DNA from: Takakia lepidozioides
Taxonomy: Eukaryota > Plantae > Bryophyta
Assembly (NCBI GenBank): GCA_030704615.1
Contig: CM060734.1
Coordinates: 19,406,001-19,470,000, forward strand
DNA: 64,000 nt
Direction: 5' to 3'
The notes under the pieces were generated by a model. That model was not told where the DNA came from, made no database searches, and saw only the letters and a program-made list of their open reading frames with translations. Of this stretch, positions 39,968 through 53,748 are shown piece by piece; position 1 is the first letter of the stretch, and each line of letters starts with the position of its first letter. Made by a program: the position numbers and the translations under genes.

Positions 39968-42641
39968 CTAGCGCGCAAGTGACTTTCCATTCCCATCATC
40001 AACAGCAGTCATAACTGGCTCCCCAGCAGGGTACTCAAGACCCTCCTCCATCATGGCAGTGAGGTCCAAAATCTTTCCTTTTGTAGCTCTCACCAAGGCA
40101 AGAAGGTGTTGCTGGAGAAATCTGTTGTCATCCGTCAGTTCAAGAATAGTTTGCCACTCTGTGGAGATAAGGGCAGGTAGGCTGGGCAGTGGACTTCGAC
40201 CAACGGATGTTCTCTGAGCCATTGAAGGGGAGGTCAGACCTGGGGGAGTTTGTAAAGAGGATGGGATGGAAGAAGGGGAGTCATGACCAGTCATCAAGTT
40301 GTTCAGGCCACCTTTACATGTGCCCATGAGGGGTCCGCAGAACTTTGCAATCAGCCCATCCTCCACTTGGGGGTGCAACATCTTCAGAACCTTCACCTGG
40401 TGTGCACACATATTTCCTTTCTGGGTCCGGGTGTATGAGGCAGATGCACATTGGCATCTGGAATGTCCTTGGCAAGCAAGATTGAAGTGCAAACAAATCC
40501 CTCTTGTCGCTTGTTTCAGATGAACCCATATGCCTTTGCATGTGACATGTACCAGTAATGGGTTAGCACATCACCTGTCAGTTCAGAGATGAGCCAATCC
40601 ACCCGCCTACTACCGAGGACGTTTTTGGTGCTCTTCAATTGCGCTTTCAGGTTCCCGTGGTATGCTTCTATGGCAGCATTAGTGTCTTGAGAGGCATGAG
40701 ATATTGCGGGATCCTTTCATCCACATTTTGGCTTTTGGAAGCCACTCTGTCTCTATGTAGGTGGAGAATTCTGTCTCAGAAGGGTACTTCTCCCGCAGGT
40801 CCAAAATTTTGAGTACGGCCCATGCTTCACCTACATCCCCAGAGGTCTCCTTTCTATCATACATGATTTGTGCCAGGTCTTGTAAGATAGCCGCTCGCAA
40901 TACTGGGTCTTTCACCTTTGCAACTGCATTCTTCTGCCAGGCTCGGCGAACATGCCACAAGCACAAGAAAACAACACAATCCCCCCAAACAGATCTGTTC
41001 TCTTATCAGGTAGGTAAACTGAAATTGTGTAACCGAGACATCATGGTAGGCATATTGCCTGAGTTCATGGACGTACCTAATGGCAGCAATTTCAGCATCA
41101 ACGTCATCCACAATAAATGCATTGGGACGCCAGTCTACTTGCCGACTTGTCATTTGTTTGTTTAGTGCCTCCATCCAAGGCGTCATATCGATGGTTTTGC
41201 ACCTTGCAGTGATAATGTAAGCCACTGGAATACCATTCAGCCAGTCGTCGAATACCATCATGGTATATAACGGGTACTGCAACAACAATCATGTGTAACC
41301 GAAGTGACTTGAAAGGAAATGGTTGCAAAACAGAGTACTTCACACGAAGAACGTAATTTGTCATGCTTTCAAGAAATTTGGGTTAACAATCTGACGAACC
41401 TTCTTTTCATTCGTTCCAAAGGTTGCATCACAAGCAACTATGCGACGATGGCCATGTTTGGGCATCTGTTTTCTCTGCCAATCAGTTTGTATGCCAAGCA
41501 CAAATGGAAGGTCGAGTTTTTTGTCATTCAACGTCCAAGCAGGGTGATTAGACTCTTCATGGTAGTAGAAAACGCTTACTGCGTTTTCATGCACCCACAT
41601 TCGGACACTTTGTGCATCATTGGAGTGCTTTTTGAATGTTTCTTCATCGCACTTGTTGGCAATATTTCGGATGTCATTTGAAAGAAGGAAGGTGTCACGA
41701 GTAACCTCGAACCCCCCATCCATGATTTCCCTCACCCTCTGCGTATGCTTGGCCATTATCTTGTTGATGCTTAGTCCGAGACGGAGGTTGTGTAACACCC
41801 ATGATTTCATCTCATCGCTCAGGTGGGGAGTTAATGAAACGCGACCTACTTGATGCGCAAGTCCATGGCAGACTTGTCCAGCCCCATTCACATGTCTCTT
41901 TTCATAATAGACCAGCTCTGCAATATCAGGGTCCACATAGCATTGCTTCACTACAAACCTGCACATGCATCCCCTCTTGATGCCTTCCCCCGATTTTGTT
42001 TGTGTGGTCCTCATTTGTTTTGGCTTTGCTTCAGTGGAAGCGGCCGTGGCTCTTGGCTTCCTCCCCTTCTTCTTGGTAGGCTTCACTCGGCGTTTCTTGT
42101 GTGCCATTGCAAGGGTAACCTCCAAGAGGGAACTAGTTCTGTCCTGTGGACCATATGAGCAGTGATACCTACAATAACAAAAAAACAATCCGTTACTATG
42201 ACACCAAGGGGATTCAGGCACTCGGACATTCATGGAAATCATTCAGTAGCCCTTGCAACACATGACCTGCAGCCCAATGTACCTTGTTGTAGTCCTGGCA
42301 CTGTTGCTGCGAGGAGCTAAGAGAGACCCCTCCGGATGGCATCTTTGCTGATGCCTGCTGAAAGTGCATGGGCCATCTGAACGGGAAGACTCCCCTATAA
42401 TGAAATCAGCAACTCGATTCCAGGGAATGTAGGCGACTTCGGCAGAGTTTTGGCCAGGAGGCTTGCCATGCCATTGGAAACGCCACTGCAGTACATGATG
42501 GTTAAAAGCACCTACACTGGGCATTTGAACTTGGTTTCGAAGCAGCAAAACAAGATGGGATGCAGTGTTTTCTTCATTCTCGGCAACAGACATATCGTGG
42601 CGCAATTCAGGGACCTGAGGCACGGCTGGTATTGGCTGCAC
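39968..42641 (-). pseudogene. MULE-type DDE/SWIM transposase of the At4g13970/At1g60560-like family
   Basis: VAYIPWNRVADFIIGES; YHCSYGPQD; KRGCMCRFVVK; HVNGAGQVCHG; PFVLGIQTDWQ; ACDATFGTN (D1); FIVDDVDAE (D2); CLWHVRRAW; TNAAIEAYHGNLK (E); RRVDWL; SWIM CQC...CAH. Frameshift near 40700. Confidence 0.9.
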
Positions 42642-43773
42642 GTTGTGCTTTCGTGGTCAGAACAGTTTGAGAGGACCATGAAAGGAAGGTGACGATTGGA
42701 GGTTGCCCCTCATTACACATACTTCCTGGTCTCATCCATCCGTACCTACATACATCCATCCTAAATCCTAGAAGTCCCAATCCATAAAATAATACTAAAT
42801 TTCAAATTTGAATTTTGAAATTTGAACATGTACAACCTTGTGTATACATGCATATGTGAGGGCTTCCCGCCTATGGTCATCATGTGACTTTCGTGATGGT
42901 CATCATGTTACTTTCGTGACCATCATGTATGTGTCATTTGCCATGTATGGATCCATGTTTTCGACTCCCGATGTGTCCCGCGCGATGTTGGGTTGTGGTG
43001 ACAGGTGTCATGTGCCACCTGGTGGGGGGCATGATGGGTGGGATGGCGCCAGGGCGCGGCGACCGCGAGCCGCGCAGGAGCCGGGGAAGGGGGTGCGGCT
43101 GGGGTGGCGGGGGATGCCACGCAGGCAGGACCGAAGGGGTCGCATTAAACTCCCGGGGCTTTTCTAATGTGCGCCGTGTTTTAAGGAAACCGTTAATCAT
43201 AAATTCGCGTCATCTTTTATTAACCTCCTCCCTGCTCCCTCAGGTGACTCCAGCCTACCTTGTGGGATGCGGTAGGGCCTATAACCTTCTCCCCCTTCCC
43301 CTAGGTGAGTCTGGGTTCAAGTGCGGGATAACCTTCCCCGATCCCTTAGATGCATTTGGAGCAGAGGTTATCTTTTCCTTCCACTATAATTAAAGGCCCT
43401 GATTTGTGTGCAATCCCCGTTGTTTCCCTTCAAGAACAAAACAAACTATTTTCACAACTAAACGCGGGAAATCAATCCACACACATCACGGTAACAGGAA
43501 TTAGGCACCGAACTGTCTGCTGTAAGAAAAATCTCCAATTGCAAAGCCTGCTACATTGAGGATGCACTGGACTGTAACCATTGCGTCAACTACAAATTGC
43601 AGGCGTATGTAATCAAACAGGAGCCGATACATTTGAAGCTTTCTTACTAAGGCCAGAAGATAACGTAGATATTCCATCTTTAAGATATTTATTTAAGAGA
43701 ATAAATGAGACCCGCTTACCATCACATGTAACAAAATCAATGATATTCAATTGGACCCAACTTCTGGAGCCAT

Positions 43774-46700
43774 TTACTTGGAGCGGGTGATGAAATCATA
43801 AGCCAAATTAATAAGAGCGCGACGGCACTGCTGGATCCGGGGTTCCACGCTTGGCGGAAAGGCAGCAATTGCATCTGCGGCATTCTGGGCATGAGAAGCT
43901 GCCAATTCATAGGTCCTCGCAATGCCGCGACTATTTCTTACCAGCTCCAAGGCCTGTACAAATCAATTTAAACATTACAACAAACAAGAATAGGCTCAAC
44001 AGAACTGGAGAGAGTGAGGACGCATTATGAATCTAAAAACATCATCGGAGATACAAAATGAGGGCGAGAGGGGTTACCAAGTCAAGATCTCCGGTATTCT
44101 TGAATTTGCGAAGGATGATCTCATGCATCCGCGGATTCTCTTCGTTAGCAAAAAGTACTGGCGCAGTTACAATGCCCTGCCCATGCCATTTGAGTGAACA
44201 CTGCACATTAGATGTGTGGCCTCATTCCCCAAAAAGACCGACATAGTGTACTTTAAAGCTACTGCCGCAAACTCCATTAAATCTCCAGGGACCCCAGTTT
44301 ATTAGTAAACATGTTAGCAGCATCCATTAACACTAAAACTCACACCTCCAACTTTCCCAAACAACTGCTGTTAACTACACCCATACAAGTGTGCTCATTG
44401 ACTGTCCCACACACTCATACGGACCTGTGAAAGATCAGAAAGGGCAGGCTTGCCCAAGGATTCTTTGGTTCCTGTAAAATCAAGTGCATCATCCACAAGC
44501 TGATATGCCAGCCCCTGCCACCATCCAATCCAGCAACTCTCAATATAAATAACGGCCACAGACCTCCCCCCTGAATAAAAATATTTTAAGACCAAACACA
44601 ACAGAAAGCTCCCAATAGAATGCTACGGGTAAGTAAGAGAGGAAAGAGCTTTTGCAGCAACAAGTGGAAAAAGAAGGTGCAATACCAGATGATAACCATA
44701 ATCAAACGCAAGATCTGCAACCTCCCTGGGTTGGTCAGCCAGCAAAGCTATGGACTTGCAGCTATTGGCCATGAGTGATGCAGTCTTGTTGAACGTCTTC
44801 CGCAGATAATAATCCATGCTGCCCTTCCCAATCGACAAGACCCCTCAGGCTTCTAGCTACTACCCAGTTGCAAGCATCTGGAAGACATTGAGTGAAAAAT
44901 GAAGCGCAAAGCAAGTCAAACAGAAAAACAATAGGGAAAAAAAACAGAGCCTGACATCCTCCATCCACTGCTGATCAACAGGACACTAACAACCAACCTG
45001 GAATACTGCTCAACAGGAACAGTCAACTGCATGATTTCACCAGTCACCAAATGCTCCAACACGTGTGACATCAACTCTACAACCTGCACTTCCCACTCGA
45101 GCCTCAGATCATTCCGGTTTACAAGGAGGGCTGATGAAATGAAGAGAAAACAGTCCATGGCCTGATACGGTCTGGAGTGCCAGCCAGAAAGAAACGTTTA
45201 TGCGAGCTTTCTTCTGATATGTCGAAACAATAATAGACAAGTAGAAGGTGCAACTGAATGTGAAAGTAAACACTCTTAGCTCAGAGGTCCTCCCCACTCA
45301 AAAAAATTCCAAGATGCCTGCACAACTCTTCTGACCCAGAAAAGTAGCTGCAGGATCATAAAAAGTCAGATTCACATAAGTTTACAAGGATCTATAAACA
45401 AAGTTTGAAATCATCCTTACCACAGTATTCTGAAGCGATGCTAGCGCAACTGATGCCCTGGCGAGCAAGAAATCACCGGCCAGAACTGCTAGCTATCATG
45501 CACCAGCCCACATATGAAACACACATTCAACTTTATGTCGCATGGAATCTCATTTCTAAGAACGATTGTGACACAAAGAAACAAAGTGCCCATTTATCTT
45601 CACAGACGAGAAGCAAGATGTCCTTGTTGATCTTTATACTTCACCTTGTTACCCATGACAAAGTTGAGGGAGCCAATGCCCCTGCGAGTATCGGCATCAT
45701 CCAAAACATCATCATGCAGCAAGCTCGCGACCTACACCCCCGAACCAATTATGAACCACTGTCCAGGAACATACCACTAAGGAGCTCATCTTGTTGTAAT
45801 TGGCATGAGCCCTCAACCACTTCCATTTCCAGAGATCTCCACTCAGCAATCCTTCTGAGTGCAGCTGACTTTCCAGGGCAGGTAAGAGACGCACCAAGTT
45901 ATACATTTCTTTAAATCTGCAATGAATGGATGAATGAATGTACTGACAAACTGTGAGTATAAGCAAGAGTCTAGACACAATGGATCTCTGACATATGTCA
46001 GTGATGGATGGTAAACGAACATCCATGTTCTAATTCTGCTGCCACAATGGCTCCATGTTTTTTTATTAAGGAATTTTGGTGCTTTCTCTAAGGTGCAATG
46101 CAAAAATCATCTCCATAGCCTGTGCCCTCTGGCCCAATTCTGAAAAAACCAAGTGAATGAAAAAATGACTCGTCCATACGTGAATCATTTCGGTGATCTC
46201 AGCAATTCGGTGCTGGCGGCAGCGCCGATCATCTGAAATAAGAGGCGGCCTTTGGGTGGGCAACACCAACGTCAGGGAGGATGCCATCAGTAGCAATACC
46301 TGGACCACCCGTCATCAGTCATGTACTCTTCATATTGCTTTTTCTGCTACGTGCGTTTCCTCATCTGAGGATACATCGGTGCACACTCATCCAACAGAAT
46401 CCCAACAAGATGCCGTCACTGCAGGCACTAAAACTACCAACAAGCACAAACCAGGCCTGAAACTTGTTCCCTTCAAGGCCCAAAATGTACTCCATCAACA
46501 CATGTGAACAACTACCGCAATTAGGACTCTGCAACTCCATTAAAAAGTCGAACCTATACTAAACACCAAAACAAATTTTACGGATCAGCACACCTCTTTC
46601 ACAAAAAAGGCGGAACATAGTTACACAGAATGACGGTACCATGGGCCGAAAGCGCTTGCCCTCTGCACCCAGCTGGAAAAAGTACTCAGATGCTTGCGCC

Positions 46701-48583
46701 AACCTGGGCACCTGCGTAACTCCACCAGTCTCCACTAACTCATGCAAGGGAAGGGAATATGCGGCCAAGAGAGTATGAAGGCTGCCCTAGCAGTAGAATT
46801 TTAACTGAGCTATACACTAGCCTCCATAGCTTCTAGCATTCCTGCCACAAATAGGAGCCACAGGCCAGATAACAGTGGGAACAACAAGGCTTGACACTAG
46901 GATAAAGGTGTTGAAGCAACTTGTCCAAAGCACAGAGACTAAGAAGAGTGTACCAAGCCCAACAGGACTAAGCACAGGCCAACACTGCCAACAAAAGCAT
47001 ATGGACAAATACCTCTGACATAGCCATGGAACGCAACCGGTCGCCAATTGAAGCTAGCTCATCAGCTACTAAAGATAATGGGTCCACTTTCTCCTACCAC
47101 ACACAAACCACCAACCTCCAACATGACAAGCTGCCTATTGCAACATCCTCTGAATATTTACTGCTGATTGACAAGTGGAAGTGAATAATGTGGGTACACT
47201 TGGTGCGGCATGAATTGTTCCAAAATTACCAACCTCGAATTCCCCATGAGCGGCTGCTTGATGAACTCCAAGGGTTGAATGTGGAGAAGCACCAAAGCCT
47301 TTGAGGAAGGCAAGAGGTAGACATGGCAAGGCCACAGGCAACAGTCTCCTCTCCTGTTGGAGTGGGACTGTGCACCAATGCACTTGGTTTGAAACGGTTA
47401 ACACACTGCGTGCCTGCAAAATGAACAGCCTCCTTGTCAATGCGAGTGGGGAGAGAACTGAAAAAGATAGCTATGATACTTGCAAAATCACTTGCCAGTC
47501 AATCTCCCACCTCCAAGCCAGAAGCCCTTACACGAGGAGCTGAACATGGAATGAGTTGCAGCTGGGACAGAGAGTCTGAGTACTAATAAAGTAAGGGCAT
47601 CCATTGCCCCGCAGCCTGCAATGGTTAGAACAGACTCACAATACCAATCCCATGTGTTAGAAGCCAACCCTGTGAAAGGAGTACACTAGGTGTATTCATC
47701 AGCATGAATTCAACAGAGAACACCTTGAAGCAATCAGTATGCTTGCATGAGAAATTTCTCAAGGGCAAGATTTCACTGCTTACATTCCATGACTAGAATC
47801 CGAAACCAAATTTCCATTCATCACAAAATGTCTATGTACAGCATTCCTGTAGTCTAACCCTGTGATTTGCATAATAGACTAAGTTTCACATCGATAGCTG
47901 TGTGGCTTATCACCATGTCACCTTTTCTTTGTTCCGTTCACAGATGATTAAATTAGTGAAGTAAATTTTCACTCAACAAAAGATCTAGACAATAGACAAA
48001 GTGGAGCACAAAATTTGAGCCCCTTTCGAAATTTCAGGATCAGTCTGGACTCCAATCCAGAAGCACAGAAGGAGCTGCGTGAGACACTAGACCCGCTCTT
48101 CACATCTTATAGACTCGAACTAGACACCCGAAGCTCATGTATCCTGCAGCATTCACTGCACTGCAAAATCCAGAGAGCTGCTCCACCTTTCAAGTTGGTT
48201 TATTTACTGAATTCCGCAGCAAGAAAAATCACTGGCACACAAAAAATTCTGTGCTGAAGTTCATGTAATAGATGGCACCCGCATGATAACATTTCATTGG
48301 TTAACAGCATGAAAAGCCTTTCTTCTACGTTGCAACTTGAACTGAGCCAGTGCTTCTGCTCAAAATACAACTCTTCCGAACCCAACGAACAAGCACGGGC
48401 ACTAAGTCCTAGCCGTCCAACGGCCCGGCCCTGGTGGATTTGATCTTACGCCGGCATAATCTAGAAACAGAAACTTCATCCCTATTAGTGTAACCTCTTT
48501 CGAAGCGTGGTTGCGCAGTGGAAATCGCGCGAGAGCAGCGAACCAACCTTGAGCAGCCGAGCCAGGTACCGCCCTGCCTGCAT
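43774..48583 (-). CDS. GPS1: Long-chain trans-polyprenyl diphosphate synthase, mitochondrial type (GPS1/SPS3/COQ1-like), ~428 aa, 13 exons
   Basis: Exons 48583-48548, 47561-47511, 47413-47234, 47093-47013, 46711-46640, 46299-46180, 45731-45645, 45492-45421, 45083-44998, 44818-44686, 44514-44425, 44176-44078, 43953-43774; all GT-AG and in phase. Motifs [24 protein letters not shown] (FARM), [22 protein letters not shown] (SARM). The first two exons are less certain. Confidence 0.93.
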
Positions 48584-49072
48584 TGCATTCCGGGCTGCGC
48601 AGCACCCTTTCTTCCCGCCTACCTACCTACCCCACCTCTGTCGCTCCTTGCACTCTAGTTGCCAGGTATTCACACCATAGATTTTCCTCCCACTCCCAAC
48701 TATCCTTCTGTCCAGATCTAGCCACACTCCACTCCACAGAAAATCCCTAAACCAAATCCCCGAACATAAACAGTCTAGTCTATGAGAATCTAGTCTGAAT
48801 CCACAGCGCGTCACAGATTCATCTGCTGGCTATGTGCGCACTGTGCTCCATCCCTCCTGCCTCCATCGTACCAGCTTTTTCCTAGTTCTTCCGGACGAAG
48901 ACGAAGGGCACGTGGCATTTTAGGGCTGAGTCATCAGCGACGGCTTACCTACTTAGTCGATCATATAAAGTTCCCAATTTAGTCTTTTCTCTGAATCACT
49001 GAAGTAATAGTGGCATCCAGGTGGACAGTGACTCTACTAATCATTCATCCACTCAACACCTAATAATTTATA

Positions 49073-51110
49073 CTAGGGTAGCCTGTGCTGTTGGCCTCAG
49101 GTGTCCAGTGTCATCTAGCAATCTTCTATGTATCCAAGGCCGTCTCCTATGTCGAGGCCCATCTAAGCCTAGTGTACAATCTCCTATGTATCCAAGTACG
49201 TCTCCCATGTCAAGGCTCGATTTATTTTTTTAGCCTGTGCCGATGGTCCATTTGTGAAGAATTGAAATCTAAGACCAAGTGCAATTTCCTATGTATCCCA
49301 GTGCGTCTCCTATGTCGAGGCCCAAGTGCGATCTCTAGTGTAGCCTATTGCCGTTGGCCCATGTGTGAAGAATTGAAATCAAAGACCAAGTGCAATTTCC
49401 TATGTATCCAAATGCGTCTCCTATGTCAAGGCCCATCTAAGCCCAAGTGTAGGGTAGCATGCGCTGTTGGCCTATGTGTGAAGAATTGAAATCTAAAACC
49501 AAGTGCAATTTCCTATGTATCCAAATGCAGAGTCTCCTATGTCGAGGCCCATGTGTGAAGAATTGAAAACCAATTTGTTTTTTTCCATGAATTTATTGAA
49601 TAGTAATATATCCAATCATTATTGATATATCTCCCGTCGAAGCTCCAATCATTGTCCCAGAAAGCCCACTTTGCTATTTTTCCTGAATTTCCAACGACCA
49701 AAAGTACTTGAAATTCCACATCTCCCACACCACAGGTCCAAAAAATCATGAGACCAAGCCGGTGCACCCCTCCTCATCGAGGGCTTTCCAACGGTACCTA
49801 GCACCTCGGCTTAGGCCTTGCGGTTTGGGACATCTCAACGGTACAAAACAAAACAAAACAAAACAAAACAAAACGAACAAACAAACAAACCGGCTTGCTT
49901 CATATATTGACTAGGGTAGCCTGTGCCGTTGGCCCAAGTGTCCAATGTCATCTAAGCAATCTCCTATGTATCCAAAAACATCTCCTATGTCAAGACCCAA
50001 GTGTGACCTCCAGGGTAGCATGTGCCATTGGCCCATGTGTGAAGAATTGAAATCTAAGACCAAGTGCAATTTCCTAAGTATCCAAGTGCGTCTCCTATGT
50101 TAAGGCCCATCTAAGTCCAAAGGCAATCTCCTATGTACCCAAGTGCTTCTCCCAACTGCGACCTCCAGTGTTATTCCAACACTTAATTTTGTAGTTTAGT
50201 TGAATTTTCAGCGACCAAAATTGTTCATATTTCTATAATCCTCGGCCAAAATTTTCGCTAGAGTAGCCTGTGCCGTTGGCCCAAGTGTCCAATGTCATCA
50301 GCTAAGTCCAAGTGCAATCCTCTATGTATCCAAGAGCGTCTTCTCTGTCGAGGCCCAAGTGCAACCTGTAGGGTAGCCTGTGCCGTTGGCCCAAGTGTCT
50401 AAAGTCATCTACGTCCAAGTACCATCCCCTATGTATCCAGAGACCCTTGAGTTTGGGAGATCTAGGGTAACATGTGTCATTGGCACATGTGTGAAGAATT
50501 GAAATGTAAGCCCAAGTGCAATTCCCTATGTATCCAAGTGCGTCTCCCATGCAGAGGCTCAAGTGCGACCTCCAGTGTCCAATGTCATCCAAGTCGAAGT
50601 GCAATCCTCCATGCATCCAGAGACCCTGCAGTTTGGGAGATCTCCACGTCATTGTTCCAACAAAGCCCACTTTGCTATTTTTGCAATCTCCCCTGTCAAG
50701 GCTTCGTATATTGATATATCCACTTCAGATTTTTCGACCAAAAGTACTTGATATTCCAAATCTCCCACATCAAGGGCCAATCATTGCTCCAAGAAAGTCC
50801 ACTTTGCTATTTTTCACGAATTTCCAACAACCAAAAGTACTTGGAATTCCACATCTCCCACACTACGGGTCCAAAAATCATGAGACCAAGCCGGTGCACC
50901 CCTCCTTGTCGAGGGCTTTCCATTGTCATCTAAGTCCAAGTGCATCAATATATGAAGCAAGCCAAATCTAATCATTTTTTTTCCATAGAGCCTACGACCA
51001 GATTTGAACCGGAGACCCTTTCCCTTGATATCTCTCCCCTCGAGGCTCCAACCATTGTCCCAGAAATGCCCATTTTGCCATTTTTGCTATTTTTTGTGAA
51101 TTTCCAGCGA
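49073..51110 (-). mobile_element. Tandem array of non-autonomous Helitron-like units
   Basis: Minus-strand 3' end TTGGGCCAACGGCACAGGCTACCCTAG (imperfect hairpin plus CTAG) at 49073, 49911 and 50258. 5' end TCAATATATGAAG at 49910, giving a head-to-tail CTAG|TC junction. Internal minisatellites and (CAAAA)n. Confidence 0.7.
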
Positions 51111-53307
51111 TTGGTACAATTCCAGCTTTGATGATATCCCCATGCACCTCTTTGCCCTTCTCCAGGGCTGCCAGGCTTGCACAAGCATTACAAATGCACA
51201 CAAACATGATGTGCTTCCCCCATCATTTGCTCATAGGTCTCCAAAGCCTCCATCCCACGTCCCTGTTGTGCATACCCTGCAAGCATCGCACACCAGCCAT
51301 AGTGTCGAACACTCCCTTTGCATCCTAGATGCACCCACATTTTGCAAACATGTCCACCAGGGTATTGTTCAGAATGACAACTGGTACAATTCCAGCTCTG
51401 AAGATGTCGCCATGGACCTCTTTCCCCTTTTCCAGAGCTGCCAGGGTACTGTTTAGAATGACATTTGGTACAATTCCAGCTTTGACGATATCCCCATGCA
51501 CCTCTTTGCCCTTCTCTAGGGCTGCCAGGCTTGCCCGACGCCACATCTTGTTCAGCCATAGTGTTGAACACTCCCTTTGCATCCTAGATGCACCCACATT
51601 TTGCAAACATGTCCACCAGGGTATTGTTCAGAATGAAATCTGGTACAATTCCAGCTCTGAGATGTCGCCATGGACCTCTTTCCCCTTTTCCAGAGCTTCC
51701 AGGGCAGTGTTCAGAATGACGTTTGGTACAATTCCAGCTTTGATGATATCCCCATGCACCTCTTTGCCCTTCTCCAGGGCTGTCAGGCTTGCACAAACAT
51801 TGCGAACATGATGTGCTTCCCCCATCATTTGCTTATAGGTCTCCAAAGCCTCCATCCCACGTCCCTACTGTGCATACCCTGCAAGCATCGCACTCCACGA
51901 CACCACCTCATAGGTCTCCAAAGCCTCCTTCCCACGTCCTTGTTGTGCATACCCTGCAAGCATCACACTCCACGACACCACATCTCGTTCAGCCATAGTG
52001 TCGAACACTCTCTTTGCATCCTTGATGCACACACATTTTGCATACATGTCCACTAGGGTAGTGTTTAGAATGGCATTTGGTACAATGCCAGCTCTGACGA
52101 TGTCGCCATGGACATCTGGACACTTCTAGCTTTGAAGATGTCACCATGGACCTCTGTTTTCCGTTTTCCAAGGTTCCCAGGCTTGCACACGCATTGCAAA
52201 CACAAACAATCGTGATGTGGTTCGGCTTCACCCCTTCGTGCATCATTCGCTCATTCAAAGCATCGTACCACATACATATCTGAATCTGCTGAGATGCTCC
52301 TTGGTTTACAGTCTGTAGAGCCTCTTTCAATCTGCCTACCTCACAAAGCATCTTCACATACCCAGAAGAGCCAGAAGAGGCATTATGGACTCCCTCTCTT
52401 TATCCTCTTTCAGAAGCCAACGAGCTAACTTACAGAATTCAGTATGCATCTTAGGGCTGAGCCTCCATCCCACGCCCAAGCTGTGCATATCCTGCGATCA
52501 TGGCGTTACAAGACACCACATCTCCTTCAGTCATATTGTCGAACACTCCCTTTGCATCCTTGATGCATCCACAATTGGCATACATGTCCACGAGGGTACT
52601 GTTCAGAACAATATCTGGTTCAATTCCCGCTTTGATGATGTCACCATGGACCTCTCTGCCCTTTTCCAGGGCTGCTAGGCTTGCACACGCATTGCAGACA
52701 CAAATAAAGGTGATGTGATTGGGCTTCACCCCTTCCCACCATTTTCTCATAGGTCTCCAAAGCCTCCATCCCGCACCCATGATGTGCATATCCTGCAATC
52801 ATTGCACTCCAAGACACCACGTTTCGTTTAGCCATTAGGTCGAACACTCCTTTTGCATCCTGAATGCACCCACATTTAGCATACATGTCCACCAGGGTAC
52901 TATTCAGAATGATATCTGGTAAAATTCCAGCTTTGACAATGTCCCCATGGACTTCCTTGCCCTTATCCAACGCTGCCAGGCTCGCACACACCTTGCAAAC
53001 CTAACCTGGGGTGATCTGGTCGGGCTTCACCTCTTCCCTCATCATTTGCTCATAGGTCTCCAAAGCCTCCATCCCGCGCCCCTGCTGTGCATAAGCTGTG
53101 ATCATCGCAGTCCAAGACACCACATCTCGTTCATATTGTCCAACACTCCCTTTGCATCCTCGATGCTCCCACATTTTGCATACATGTTCATCAGAACAGT
53201 GTCCAGAACAACATCTGGTACGATTCCAGCTTCGACAATGTCAACATGGACTTCTTTGCCCTTTTGCAGGGCTGCCAGGATCACACACGCATTGCAAACA
53301 CAGTACA
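51110..53307 (-). pseudogene. Scrambled PLS-class PPR fragments, same family as 32400-38040
   Basis: ACASLAALEKGKEVHGDIIKAGI, LVDMYAKCGCIQDAKGVFD, VVSWSAMIAGYAHHG; many frameshifts. Confidence 0.9.
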
Positions 53308-53399
53308 TGAAAAAAGGGAAGAAGAAGGAGGAGATGGAGGTCGCGTCGCCGAGCAGGAGTGACTTGAAAATCTCGCTAAGTCCTCGGCCCCCTCACTGC

Positions 53400-53748
53400 T
53401 ACTTACGGAGCTCACAACCCGAGCTCCCTATCAATTGTCCAGCTCACAATCCGATGCGTGTCATTGTAATTTCAAAATAGTGCCATATTGGTTACAATTG
53501 AAAAAAATGTCCCCGGTCCAACCCGCAATCGTCAACACGACTGCAAATTTCAAATCAGCCTGTAAATCGGCGTGAAACCCGGAGTTCACTTCTGCGACTT
53601 CTATACTCCATCCTTTATGTCAGCATGGCATAAAAACGACTGCGACGACTGGCGAGTCGTCATTCACAACCTGGAGTCCCACGCGTAATCGTTTCGGACA
53701 GAATCGCAACCGCGAGTCGGGTGCGAAAAGCACCTATTCCTTGTAGTG
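53400..53748 (-). mobile_element. CACTA terminus (CACTACAAGGAAT on minus strand) with subterminal ACGACT..AGTCGT palindrome
   Basis: ATTCCTTGTAGTG ends at 53748; ACGACTGGCGAGTCGT at 53645-53660. Confidence 0.65.

Larger units (their letters stand above)
18296..43175 (-). mobile_element. ~25-kb Mutator-like element (MULE) bounded by long GC-rich TIRs
   Basis: GGCGCACATTAGAAAAG.CCCGGGAGTTTAATGC... at 18296 is the reverse complement of the sequence ending at 43175. Homology extends to 18609/42969. A transposase lies next to the right TIR and a Ulp1 gene next to the left TIR. No 9-bp TSD was found. Confidence 0.85.

Noticed and set aside
43215-43390. Possible SINE with GGTTCAAGTGC
   Set aside because: No A-box, tail, TSD or second copy was seen.
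50985-51030. tRNA-like B-box (GGTTCAAATC on minus strand)
   Set aside because: Only a T-arm-like fragment; no full cloverleaf could be built. At most a SINE remnant.
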